Notes: generated by a model not told the origin, from the letters alone. A DNA stretch of 64,000 nucleotides from an uncultured Gemmatimonadales bacterium (GCA_963783385.1 CAWANJ010000009.1:896410-960409); one strand, 5' to 3'; shown: positions 53,787-63,555, numbered from the stretch's first letter. A program made the numbers and translations.

Positions 53787-56631
53787 ATGGCAAACTCGCA
53801 AGAGCTGTTTCGCTTTCAGGTGATTCGACCGCCACGCCCGGGTCTGGCCTCGAGCGCGCCTGACGAGCCCGAACCGAAGAGTGAGCTGGCACCCGAGATC
53901 GAGGGCTCGGAGACACAAGACGAGGCGCTGCGATCCGCGGAAACCTACCGGTCCTCGTCCAGCTACGTGAGTGGGCTCTCCGACATCCCGGAGAGTATCG
54001 AGACCTCTCGAACTGGATCGACCAGCACCCGGGGGCGGACGACGCCGAAGTGAGTGCGGCGGTCGCCACGCACCTCGACGTCGATCCGAAGGAGGTCGTC
54101 GCATCATCGGAGTTCGCCGAGCTCCAGGTCCGTGTAGCGGACAGCGAGATCGCGGACCTGCTCAGCGGCGAGGCAGGAGCGGCCCGTGCCGTGGGCCGCA
54201 TGCTCCTGCGTATCCGACAGGCCGCCGGCGAATCCACGGTCGGTGCGGGACTTCCGATCGACGTGCGACTTCCAGGCCCGCCCGCACCGACGGACGGCGG
54301 GAAGACCGTCCCCGACGTCTCACCCGGCTCCACGCTGGAGGAGTTCCGCGCTCTGGTCGATCTGCGGGCCAGACTCCACCGCGGCGCCGTGGAAGCTCTG
54401 GCGACCGGCCGGCCGGGCACGGGGGCGATCAGCGCTCATGTACGCTTGGATCCAGCGGCGCCGGCAGCCGGGGGCGGCGACCGTCGGTTCCGGGACCTCA
54501 CGCTCGAGGATCTGCCGCTCGATGAGTCGGACCGGACCCGACTTCGGGACTTGCAGCTCGAGTCGGGAACGGGGGTGCTGGAGGCCCTGCGGTCCGTGCA
54601 GGAGCGAATGGACCGCGCGCTCGAGGACGGCGTGGGCCCCGCCGGGAGCGACCCGGCGAGCGCGAGGACCAGAAGCCTGGCCATGACCTCGGAGCTGCCG
54701 CGGTTTCTCTTCGAGATCGGAGCCGGATACGCCCAGGGCTTCAAGGTCATGGATCTCGAAGTGGGCGAGCGCACGCTCAAGCGGTACGAAATGGCGGAGA
54801 TCGCCCACATTGAGAATGCGCTCCGGGGCGAGCTGCGCGTTCGAGATCACGTCCGCGGCACGGTGCGCGAGGACATCACGATCGTCGACGATTCGACGCT
54901 GAGGTCGACCGAAGAGGACCTGCAGAGCGACGAGCGCTTCAGCCTTTCGAGACAGGCGCAAGACGTTCAGAGAGCGGAAACGGAGCTCCAGGCCGGGCTC
55001 AAGGTCAATGCGAGCTACGGTCCCGCGGTGCGGGTGGAGATCACGGGAAGCGCGAGCCAGAACCGATTCAACGAGACGGTCCAGAACGCGGCTAGCGAGT
55101 ACGCACGCAACGTCACGAGCCGGGCCGTCAGCCAGAATGCAGACCACCCATCGAGAGCAGAGGATCACCCGGCAGGTCGAGTCCGTGGAGGAGAGGAACC
55201 ACCACGAGATCGACAACAGGGGTCAGGCGGATCATGTCATCGGGGTGTACCGCTATATCGACAAGACCTACGAGGTCGCGGTGCGCAACTACGGGGTCCG
55301 ACTCGTGCTGGAGTTCATCGTCCCCGAGCCGGGAGCGAATCTCCTGCACGCGGCGGCGGCGAGCGGATCGGCGGCGCAGGTCGAGAAGCCCGAGGAACCG
55401 ACGTTCTTCGATCGACCGCTTCGACTGACGGACATCCGCGACGACAATGCCTACCGGGTGATCGCCAGTCGGTACGGGGTGGAGGTGGAGCCGCCCCCGC
55501 GTCCGCTCGTCGCCCTGACGGAGGTGCAGTTCGACCACGACTCGGCCAAGGAGGTGCAGCCGGCCGGGACCGTCGCGATTGCGAAGGGTTCGATCCCGGT
55601 GCCGGACACGCATTATCCGTCCAGCGTATGGGGTCGATTCGCGGGCTTTCAGACGGAGGTCGGTCTGTCGCTCTACACGCCCGACGACACGGCCGGGGCC
55701 GGGTACTCCGACCCGCCACCCGACAGCCTGGTGGGGAAGGAGTACGCCGTCTTGGTGCAAGAGGGCGAGATGTCGGGGAGGGGCCCCATCCTCGTCGACC
55801 TCGAGCAGATCACGGAGCAGGCGGCCGGACCCGTCGACTTCGCCGCCGTCTCGCGAGAGAACCCGATCACCGGCGGCGTGCACGGCGGCGGTGTGGTCGA
55901 AGCCTTCTGCCTGCCCACGGCGGCCGCGTTCCAGGCGTGGCAGGTCAAGACGTTCAACGCCATCATGGACGCGTATCGACGGGAGCTGGACAAGTCCAGG
56001 AAGCACTGGCGGCCGCCGACATCGGCGCGGGTGTCCGGATACAGGGCCGCAGCCCGGACATCAACCGTGAGTACGAGCGCAACGAGCTGAAGCGCGGCGT
56101 GATCACGTTGCTCGAGGGATCGCCGCCCGACACGCCGGCGATCGCCGGGGACGGCTTCAGCCCGGTGCCGGCGATGGCCGCCTCCCACGGCCCGAAGATC
56201 TCCTTCTTCGAGACCGCCTTCGAGTGGGAGCACATGACGTACGAGACGCTCCCGTACTACTGGGCGCGCCACGATCAATGGGATGCCTTGCTGTCGATCG
56301 ACGATCCCGATCCCGAGCATCGCAGATTCCTGCAGGCGGGGGCTGCGCGCGCGCTGATCCCGGTCCGCCCGGATCACGAATGGTACGTAGCCGGCGTGCT
56401 GACCGCGATCGTCCTCCACGGTGGCACCATCGCCCCCAGCCTGTTCGAGCCATCGCGGGGCCGGCCGTGATCGTTCGGTCCTTCTACGAGGCGGTCACCG
56501 ACGTGCTCGACGCACGGTCCCGGGAGAGCGATGATGAGCCGAGGACCGTGGGCCAGCCGTTCGAGGTGACCGTGCCTACGAATCTGGTGATCCTGCAGAA
56601 GGACTCTGCGCTCAATCCCCACGACGCCTGA
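53787..56631 (+). pseudogene. very large hypothetical protein 'ORF B' (about 948 aa), no recognisable family; at least 4 frameshifts
   Basis: A protein-like reading requires frame switches at about 53990 (…SDIPE|YRDLSNWIDQHPGADDAEVSAAV…), 55140, 56010 and 56450 (…SLFEP|IAGPAVIVRSFYEAVTDVLDARS…NPHDA*). GC is about 60-62% against roughly 70% in the flanks. Confidence 0.5.
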
Positions 56632-56639
56632 GCTCCACC

Positions 56640-58862
56640 TTGGGCTCACCTCTCTCCGTCCACCCGGCACCGCGCGCGGTGCTGGAGCTGGCGGCGTGGC
56701 CAGTCCCGGATCCGGCGATACGAACTCCCCTGGCCGACGAGGACCGGTATTCAGGCGACCCGGGCTTCTTCGCGGTTCCGTCCGACTCCGAGGTTCCGGA
56801 ACGCTGGCTGCATTCCGACACGACCCGCCTTGCGGTACGCTCCGTCAACGACACCGACCCTTCGCTCCGTCGAGGGGCGAGGGAGTCGCTGGCGACTGGC
56901 GTCAGCCGCCAGGTCCCCGATTTCGATCTCTTCCGCGAAGCGATGAGCCGCGAGAAGGCCATCAATGTGATCCTCCTTCTCGTCTTTCCGGGCAGCACGG
57001 CCGACAACACGGGCACGAAGGACCTGAATGACAAGGTCCTCGGCTATTCACTGACCTCCGAGTACATAAGGAAGAGAAACGCGGCCATCGACGCCGTGTT
57101 CGAGGCCGAGGGCTTCGTGATGATCGATCAGGACTTCAAGTCGAGCGGCTTCGTGCCGACCGCGGAGGCGTCCAGGCACCTTCTCGACGCCGGGCAGGCG
57201 CAGAAGAAGCGCTCGCGGGAGTATCGCGAGCGCTTCGACCGGGGACTGTCCGCCCTGGACGGGCGACTGCGCGACCTCCTGCTGGACATCCTGCAGAATC
57301 GATTCGACGAGATCGATGAGACGCACCGGGAAGCGGCGCGGACGTTACGGGATCGCCTCCTGGAGGACGCGGACCATCGGTTCGACGTGACCTACGGCAT
57401 GGCCAACCCTGCGGGGAGAGGGGCGACCTCCCAGGACATCTACCCCCCACTGCTCCTTGCGAAGCTGAATGCTTCCAAGGCCTCGTACACGGCGCGGCGT
57501 CGGGACCTGATCGACTCCCTGCTGCCAGGCTGGCACGGCTCCGACTTCGACCGGCGCGGGTACGCGTTCGACCCGGCCACGTACCAGCGCCTGTCCGTGA
57601 AAGCCGGGGAGATCAGAGACGAGATTCGGCGACACCTCGATGGCCAGATCACGGTGGACGGAGTCCGCGCCAGGGTCTTCGTTCGGGTCCGGGGAAAGCT
57701 GACCCCCAACCGCCACGTGATGCGGGACGCCCGGAAGGGGAAGATCAAGCCGCCGGATCCCTCACCGGAGAAGGACCAGCTCGAGCGCATCGAGGGATAC
57801 CGAGCCATCGTCAACACGATGGACGTGTTCGAGAGCTTCCTCTCTGGCGAGCTGGACGGCGAGAAGGCCGGGCAGCTCCGACGCGCCACGCGGCTCCACG
57901 AGAAGCTGGGGAGGATGGACACCGATATCGGGCGAGGCGAGCTCTCGCGGGTGCTCGACGTCGATGTCCGCATGGAGAGGATCGCGCTGGCAAACCGGAC
58001 CTCCGAGTACCTGTTCTTCACGGAGGCGGCCGATCATCGACATCGAGTCATCGTCGGTCTCGACATCCGCGATCTCGGAGTGGACGCGCTGATCGAGTAT
58101 GCCCGGGCGGTGGACCGGGTGGCCGAGAAACCCGGCACGAGCCTGCTGGCGGTCACGCTCGAAGCGAACGATCCGATCCTGGCCATGAAGCGCCACGCCG
58201 TCGACCTGATCGTCGACGCCTATGGCAAGATGGCGTCGAAGCTGCTGGCGGCCGACGTGGGCTGGTTGCATGACGCCGCCGAACCGTACAACCGTGCCTG
58301 GGCGGAGGCCTACGGCTATGCCGGAGGCTTCGACATCCTCGCCGACCCTCTCGACCGCTCGGAGTCCCCCAACTACCTCATCGGCGGCGACGAGGTGATT
58401 CTCGCGCTCCCGCCCGCGTTTCTGCCGCTGATCCCCGAATTCCTGGGGCGGGTCTGCCCGCCGTCGGCCACGAACACTCGCGGCGCCGTGGTCTTCTCCG
58501 ACGCCGGTCACCCGCCCGACGCGGATCCCGCGGTTCAACGTCGGCTGAATCAGCACGCCCACGCGACCGCGCTGACGGCGGCCGACAAGGGGCCCGACAT
58601 CCTGAAGGACCTGGAGCGAGATCACTGGCGGCTCGGACGGAAGATCGAGAAGATCGACGACGATGCGGAAAGGCGGGAGAAGCAGCGCCGCCTTGCCGGC
58701 CTGGGGCTTCTCCGATTGTACGTCGAGATTCCATCGCTCTACGGCATTCCCGACCTTCTCCCCAGTCGTGTCTTCATCAAGGACTTCTCCGGGACGAAGA
58801 GGAGCTTCTTCGACCTGAAGCGTCGCATCGCCGAGCTCGAGAAGGAGCTTCCGGCCACCTGA
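56640..58862 (+). CDS. large hypothetical protein 'ORF C' (740 aa) with C-terminal GGDEF/palm-like signature
   Basis: The ORF is intact, with a TTG start 9 nt after the ORF B stop and lower GC. The C-terminal region has VIVGLDIRDLG (58050-58080) and RSESPNYLIGGDEVILALPPAF (GGDEV at 58383-58397). This matches the GG(D/E)EF plus hydrophobic run plus P pattern of diguanylate-cyclase and mCpol palm domains. The N-terminal 500 aa are unrecognised. Confidence 0.55.
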   Translation: MGSPLSVHPAPRAVLELAAWPVPDPAIRTPLADEDRYSGDPGFFAVPSDSEVPERWLHSDTTRLAVRSVNDTDPSLRRGARESLATGVSRQVPDFDLFREAMSREKAINVILLLVFPGSTADNTGTKDLNDKVLGYSLTSEYIRKRNAAIDAVFEAEGFVMIDQDFKSSGFVPTAEASRHLLDAGQAQKKRSREYRERFDRGLSALDGRLRDLLLDILQNRFDEIDETHREAARTLRDRLLEDADHRFDVTYGMANPAGRGATSQDIYPPLLLAKLNASKASYTARRRDLIDSLLPGWHGSDFDRRGYAFDPATYQRLSVKAGEIRDEIRRHLDGQITVDGVRARVFVRVRGKLTPNRHVMRDARKGKIKPPDPSPEKDQLERIEGYRAIVNTMDVFESFLSGELDGEKAGQLRRATRLHEKLGRMDTDIGRGELSRVLDVDVRMERIALANRTSEYLFFTEAADHRHRVIVGLDIRDLGVDALIEYARAVDRVAEKPGTSLLAVTLEANDPILAMKRHAVDLIVDAYGKMASKLLAADVGWLHDAAEPYNRAWAEAYGYAGGFDILADPLDRSESPNYLIGGDEVILALPPAFLPLIPEFLGRVCPPSATNTRGAVVFSDAGHPPDADPAVQRRLNQHAHATALTAADKGPDILKDLERDHWRLGRKIEKIDDDAERREKQRRLAGLGLLRLYVEIPSLYGIPDLLPSRVFIKDFSGTKRSFFDLKRRIAELEKELPAT

Positions 58863-58937
58863 CCTTGGCCCTCCCGCCGCCCCGGCTACGGCCCGCAGGG
58901 CGGCGTCGAGAGGTCGCGGACGGCCACCTTCGCGTCG

Positions 58938-59177
58938 TCACAATCGGAGCCGTAGAGCGAGCAGTAGCGAGATGTCGACGCCCACCCGGTCTGCAATGCT
59001 GTCGAGCGAAGCCAACGCCCCGGCCGAGCCGGCGGCCACCCTGGCCTCCAGCAGCACCGCCTTCCGGCCCGCCGGGAAGTAGTAGCCGACCGCGAACCGG
59101 TGCACCCGTCCCTTCATTCCTCGCGACAGGATCGCGTCGAGGACGGGCTTCCATCCACCGAAGATCGCCGACGGCAA
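58938..59177 (-). CDS. small hypothetical ORF (79 aa, TTG start)
   Basis: GC3-rich codon usage and a protein-like sequence (…GRVHRFAVGYYFPAGRKAVLLEARVAAG…). It could equally be a gene remnant. Confidence 0.25.
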   Translation of the reverse strand: MPSAIFGGWKPVLDAILSRGMKGRVHRFAVGYYFPAGRKAVLLEARVAAGSAGALASLDSIADRVGVDISLLLALRLRL

Positions 59178-59344
59178 GGGTCCGGAGTCGGGCCGGATCC
59201 ACGAGAGCAGAACAGGGCGAGCGAGTCCGAAAGCTGCGCCATCCCGCGCGTCGAGGTCAACGGCGTGCGACGTGCGGCCGGCCGAGAGCGGTGGGCGGGG
59301 AGCGTCCGACGCGGGGAGCCGCCCGCGCTGACCGGCGGTTCGAC

Positions 59345-59471
59345 TCAGGTCTCTTCCTGGATCGGAGACGAGCGCAGACGGCGATCGAACTCGCGGGCAT
59401 CGAGCGCGCGGTGCAGATCGGTCTCGAGGCCCCCGACCCGCTCCCGCAGGTCCGCGGTCTCACGGGCCATT
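59345..59471 (-). CDS. small ORF (41 aa, coiled-coil-like MARETADLRERVGGLETDLHRALDAREFDRRLRSSPIQEET)
   Basis: Below the ORF-track size cut-off. The ATG overlaps the stop of the upstream small membrane ORF (ATGGcccgTGA). GC3-rich. Confidence 0.25.
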
Positions 59472-59639
59472 CTGGTCGACCCGCCTCTGCGTGTCTTCGG
59501 CCGCGAGGCCACGCAGACGCGCGAAACGGTCGATCAGGGGCCCGATCGTGAAACGGGCCGTCAGACCGACCACGGGAACGAGCACGACGACGATCATCGC
59601 ACCGAGGCCTATGAGGTCCTTGACCTGGTACCACTCCAT
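59461..59639 (-). CDS. small single-TM protein (59 aa, MEWYQVKDLIGLGAMIVVVLVPVVGLTARFTIGPLIDRFARL...)
   Basis: It is the in-frame tail of ORF 59460..60587, whose upstream part is junk. ATG rc 59637-39. One hydrophobic helix. Confidence 0.3.
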
Positions 59640-59975
59640 GGGTCCGGCTCCGCTCGCAATGACGTGACGAAGGCCCCGATCCGAGGCGGGGCGTACGCCC
59701 TTCCTGACGGGGCCCGGGGGATCGGAGTTTCGGACGTCCCGAACCTGGCGTCGATCGCCAACACGAGCCAGGGCGATAGCATCCTGGGCGAAGCCGCCTG
59801 AGTCCAGCGTCCGGAACCGGCGGAACGGCCCGCCCGCGGTCCGGGTTGTGCCGGATGGCCCGCCGACCGACACATTTCCGAGCGAGTGAAGAAGGGAGCC
59901 CGAGATGCATCGTCCGAGCATGGCCGCCGGGCCGGCGACCCGGCGGCACGCGAGCCGCTTCGTCCGGTTCCGCCC

Positions 59976-60470
59976 ATGGTGACCGACGCGTCGCCCGATC
60001 CCCGGACCGAGCTCATCCGGCACACGCTGGCGACCGTCGCGTATCGCGGCGCCAAGGCCCTGCGCGGGGCGCCCGCGGGCTTCGGCGCCTACCGGGTGGG
60101 ACCCACCTCCCGGACCCCCGCGGAGATCCTGGCCCACGTCGGGGACCTCCTGGAGTGGTCCGCCTGGCTCCTGCGCGGCGAGCATCGGTGGAGCGACTCG
60201 GACCCCCTCGCATGGGAGGAGGAGGTCGAGCGGTTCTTCGGCCTGGCCGACCGCCTCGACAAGACCCTCCTCACCGTGCGTCCCACGGAATGGACCCTGG
60301 AGCAGATCTTCCAGGGGCCGATCGCGGACGCGCTGACCCACATCGGGCAGCTCACCATGCTCCGCCGCCTGGCCGGGGGCCCCGTGCGCGGGGAGAACTA
60401 CGCGAAGGCCGAGATCCTGAGCGGGCGGGTGGGACCGCGGCAGGCCGAGCCCCGCTTCGAGTTCGACTGA
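59976..60470 (+). CDS. DinB/YfiT-like (DUF664) family protein
   Basis: ATG 59976. Contains LIRHTLATVAYRGAKAL...PAEILAHVGDLLEW...HIGQLTMLRRLAG. Confidence 0.7.
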   Translation: MVTDASPDPRTELIRHTLATVAYRGAKALRGAPAGFGAYRVGPTSRTPAEILAHVGDLLEWSAWLLRGEHRWSDSDPLAWEEEVERFFGLADRLDKTLLTVRPTEWTLEQIFQGPIADALTHIGQLTMLRRLAGGPVRGENYAKAEILSGRVGPRQAEPRFEFD

Positions 60471-60585
60471 GCGGAGCGCCCCGCGCAACGCGCGCCGTCG
60501 CTCGCCCCGCTCCGCGGCGGCCCGCTCGCGTCTCCCATACGGCAAGAGGGAACGGCCATGGTCCCGATACGTACCATGAGCCCGC

Positions 60586-61839
60586 ATGAAGACCGAGCGA
60601 ACGAGACTGAACCGTCAGGAGTGGTGGGCCGTCGGCACCTTGAGCGGCGTGTTCTTCCTGCGCATGCTCGGGATCTTCCTCGTGCTGCCGGTGCTGGGCC
60701 CGTACGCGAGCAAGCTGCAGGGAGCGACGCCCCTGCTGGTCGGGCTGGCCTACGGCGCGTTCCCCCTGCTGCAGACGGTGTTCCAGGTGCCGTTCGGCTG
60801 GATGAGCGACCACCTCGGGCGCAAGCCGATGATCGCCCTGGCGCTGGGCCTGTTCACCGCCGGCAGCGTGTGGGCGGCCTTCGCGCACTCCATCTGGATG
60901 CTCATCGGTGCGATGGCGCTGCAGGGCTCCGGGGCCGTCGCCGCCGTGATCCTCGCGCTCGTGGCCGATCTGACGCGACCGGAAGTCCGGACGCGCTCCA
61001 TGGCCATGATCGGGAGCAGCATCGGGCTCGCCTTCGGCGTGGGCTTCGTGGGCGGCCCGCTCCTGGCCGGCCACCTGGGCGTCGCGTCGATCTTCGGGCT
61101 ATTGGCCGTGGTCACGCCCCTCGCGCTGCTCGTCGTCCTGTTCGTGGTGCCGACCCCCGACGAGCTGCCGCAGCGCGACGAGGTCGGGGGCTCGGCCGGC
61201 GGGTTCAGGCACGTGATCACGGACCCCGACCTGCTGCGGATGGACAGCGGGATCTTCATGCTCAACGGCACCCTGCGCGGGCTGTTCCTGGTGGCTCCGT
61301 TTCTCCTGTCCACCCTGGTGGAGCAGCAGCACGAGTGGCTGGTCTACCTGGGCGCGCTGCTGATCGCCGGCGTCGTGATGGTGCCGACGATCATCTTCGC
61401 CGAACGCGACGGGTACATGAAGGAGGCGCTGTACTTCTCGCTGCTGTCGCTGGGCGCGGGGCTGCTCCTGTTCACGGGCGGCGGCCGGAGCCTCACGTGG
61501 TTCTTCGTGGCCATCTCGCTGTACTTCATCGGCTTCAGCCTGCTCGAAGCCATCATGCCCTCGCTGTTGACGCGGCTGGCCCCGTCCAACGACCGCGGCA
61601 AGGCCACCGGCGTGTACAACATGAGCCAGTACCTCGGCTCGTTCGGCGGAGCCCTGCTCGGCGCCGCCTTCCTCAGCGGCGACAAGGCCGAGGCCATCGC
61701 CGTGGGCTCCCACTACGGGCTCCTGTTCCTGCTGCTGACCGGCGTCGTCGCGATCTGGGCCTGGGTCGCGTGGAAGCTTCCCATGCCCACGCGCCAGCAG
61801 GCCGCCGCCCACGGTTCGGCCGCCGGGGAGAAGACCTAG
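60586..61839 (+). CDS. MFS transporter
   Basis: Twelve TM helices. MFS motif A-like GWMSDHLGRKPMIALA and the second-half repeat. Intact ORF. Confidence 0.8.
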   Translation: MKTERTRLNRQEWWAVGTLSGVFFLRMLGIFLVLPVLGPYASKLQGATPLLVGLAYGAFPLLQTVFQVPFGWMSDHLGRKPMIALALGLFTAGSVWAAFAHSIWMLIGAMALQGSGAVAAVILALVADLTRPEVRTRSMAMIGSSIGLAFGVGFVGGPLLAGHLGVASIFGLLAVVTPLALLVVLFVVPTPDELPQRDEVGGSAGGFRHVITDPDLLRMDSGIFMLNGTLRGLFLVAPFLLSTLVEQQHEWLVYLGALLIAGVVMVPTIIFAERDGYMKEALYFSLLSLGAGLLLFTGGGRSLTWFFVAISLYFIGFSLLEAIMPSLLTRLAPSNDRGKATGVYNMSQYLGSFGGALLGAAFLSGDKAEAIAVGSHYGLLFLLLTGVVAIWAWVAWKLPMPTRQQAAAHGSAAGEKT

Positions 61840-61916
61840 AGGGCTGGGGCGCCCACCTGTGGGCGCAGCGGCCGCCAACCAGACGGCCCCCGCGCGTCAC
61901 GCGCCCCCTCAGCCCC

Positions 61917-62398
61917 CTACTCGCCCCCCTCCGCGGCGGCCCGCTTGGCGCGTGACAGGTAGCCGGGCTTGAGGTCCAGCAGGTTCGCGATCTTGCGGGT
62001 GAGGTACTGCTCTTCCCTGGCGATCTTCCCATCCGCCAGCACCAGCCCCCACATCACCTCGGCCAGCACCATCTTCTGCCCCAGGTCGTAGCTCTTCCGG
62101 ATGATCGAGGTGGCGTGGTAGTAGTCCACGGACTCGCGCCGCTCCTTCTCGGCCAGCTCCAGGAGGTGCTCGCCCGAGTCGGCCGGCAGGTCGAAGTGGC
62201 GCTCCAGCACCCCCTGCAGGTGGGCCCGCTCGTCCCCCGTGAACGCCCCGTCGGCGTACGCGACCTCCAGGAGGAGGGCGCACGCGGCCACGTGCGCCGG
62301 GTCGGTCTCCGGGGAATCGGCCTCGGGGGCGTCGTCGGATTCGGACGAATGCGAGCCGAGGAGAGTGCTTGATCGCGTCGAGCAGCATGGCAGTCCGG
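61917..62398 (-). CDS. TerB-family (tellurite-resistance-like) protein, one frameshift near 62370
   Basis: N-terminus MLLDAIKHS... (frame of ORF 61909..62808), then ORF 61917..62453 frame (…DPAHVAACALLLEVAYADGAFTGDERAHLQGVL…MVLAEVMWGLVLADGKIAREEQYLTRKIANLL…). Confidence 0.6.
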
Positions 62399-62553
62399 GT
62401 GAAAGGGAAACGGTGTCGGCGGGAAGGTGCCGCGGGCGGCTCGTCCGGCGCAACGAGCGTTCGTCCCCCCGCTCGAACGTGGCGCCGGGCGCGCGTCACC
62501 GCGGATTGCAGATCCTTCGGCCGCGTCGCCGCCCCACGAGGCAGGGAGCCCGA

Positions 62554-62582
62554 TTGCCATGTATAACGTGATGCGTTATACT
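62554..62582 (+). promoter_or_regulatory. higBA promoter with overlapping inverted-repeat operator (GTATAACG-tgatg-CGTTATAC)
   Basis: -35 TTGCCA (62554-59), a 17-nt spacer and -10 TATACT (62577-82), 6 nt before the higB ATG. A perfect 8-bp inverted repeat at 62561..62581 overlaps the spacer and -10. Confidence 0.5.
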
Positions 62583-62587
62583 GAGCC

Positions 62588-62881
62588 ATGATCGAGTCCT
62601 TCGGGAACCCCGGGACGGAAGACATCTTCGACAATCGGAATACGAAGGCGGCACGGCGGACGTGCCCCGGGACGCTGTGGCGCGTGGCCCGGAGGAAGCT
62701 CGACCAGCTGAACCAGGCGGAGATCCTGGAGGACCTGAGGGCACCCCCGAGCAATCGGCTCGAGAAGCTTCGAGGCGATCGGACGGGGCAGCACAGCATT
62801 CGGATCAACGAGCAGTACCGGGTCTGCTTCCGGTGGACGGAGCACGGCCCGGAAGACGTGGAGATCGTCGACTATCACTGA
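62588..62881 (+). CDS. higB: type II toxin HigB (RelE/ParE superfamily, plasmid-maintenance killer type)
   Basis: 97 aa, MIESFGNPGTEDIFDNRNTKAARR...QHSIRINEQYRVCFRWTEHGPEDVEIVDYH, a classic HigB end. Confidence 0.8.
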   Translation: MIESFGNPGTEDIFDNRNTKAARRTCPGTLWRVARRKLDQLNQAEILEDLRAPPSNRLEKLRGDRTGQHSIRINEQYRVCFRWTEHGPEDVEIVDYH

Positions 62882-62900
62882 TGCCGGGGAGAAACGAGCC

Positions 62901-63206
62901 GTGACGCGCCTGCCGGCCAACCGCCCTCCCACCCATCCGGGAGAGATGCTGCGGGAGGAGTTCCTCATCCCGCTGGAGATGACTCAGACCGAGCTCGCCC
63001 GGCGGATCGATGTCTCCTATCCGCGGGTGAACGAGATCGTCAACGGGAAACGAGGGATCACGCCCGACACGGCCCTCCGCCTGTCGCGCCTGTTCGGCAC
63101 GACGCCGGAGTTCTGGCTGAACGGCCAGAGGAACTGGGACCTGTGGCACGCGCTGCACAGCCCGGAGGCGGAAGACATCGAGAAGATCGAGCCGGTCGGC
63201 GTGTAG
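62901..63206 (+). CDS. higA: antitoxin HigA (XRE-family HTH)
   Basis: 101 aa, HPGEMLREEFLIPLEMTQTELARRIDVSYPRVNEIVNGKRGITPDTALRLSRLFGTTPEFWLN. Confidence 0.8.
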   Translation: MTRLPANRPPTHPGEMLREEFLIPLEMTQTELARRIDVSYPRVNEIVNGKRGITPDTALRLSRLFGTTPEFWLNGQRNWDLWHALHSPEAEDIEKIEPVGV

Positions 63207-63229
63207 CGGCGGAGGAAGGGCAGCCCCTT

Positions 63230-63553
63230 CCCCGCTATGCGACATTCGCTTCAGATCGGCCAGCGCCGCCTTCGACGAGCGGCATGACGTAGTACAGGAA
63301 GCCGGCCGCCTCCCCCGAGTCGTAGAGCGGCAGGATGTGCGGATGCCGGAGGCTCGCCGTGGTCTTGATCTCGGCCAGGAACCGCTCGGCGCCGAGAGCC
63401 GCGGCCAGGTCGGGGCGCAGCACCTTGATCGCGACCCTGCGGGAGTGCTTGAGATCATCGGCCATAAAGACTGTGGCCATACCGCCTTCAGCGACCTTGC
63501 GCTCGATGGCGTAGCGGTCGGAGAGGGCGGCGGTCAGGCGGTCCGCGAGGCCC
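63230..63553 (-). pseudogene. 5' remnant (about 100 aa) of a Ser/Thr kinase gene, start lost, truncated next to higBA
   Basis: After the upstream stop (…KGAGRP*) the same frame reads AGLADRLTAALSDRYAIERKVAEGGMATVFMADDLKHSRRVAIKVLRPDLAAALGAERFLAEIKTTASLRHPHILPLYDSGEAAGFLYYVMPLVEG. It then shifts and ends near a GGAAGGGcagcCCCTTCC hairpin (63211-28) abutting the higA stop. Confidence 0.55.
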
Positions 63554-63555
63554 GC

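Noticed and set aside
54186-55216. ORFs 54186..54686 (+) and 54320..55216 (-) inside ORF B
   Set aside because: These are alternative-frame or antisense readings of the region. The ORF B frame gives far more protein-like sequence, with charged and hydrophobic periodicity and GC3 bias.
59100-59949. ORFs 59100..59801 (+) and 59257..59949 (-) in the gap before the DinB gene
   Set aside because: The translations are R/G/S-rich with no protein-like segments. Only the two short minus-strand ORFs at 59345..59639 show coding-like codon usage.
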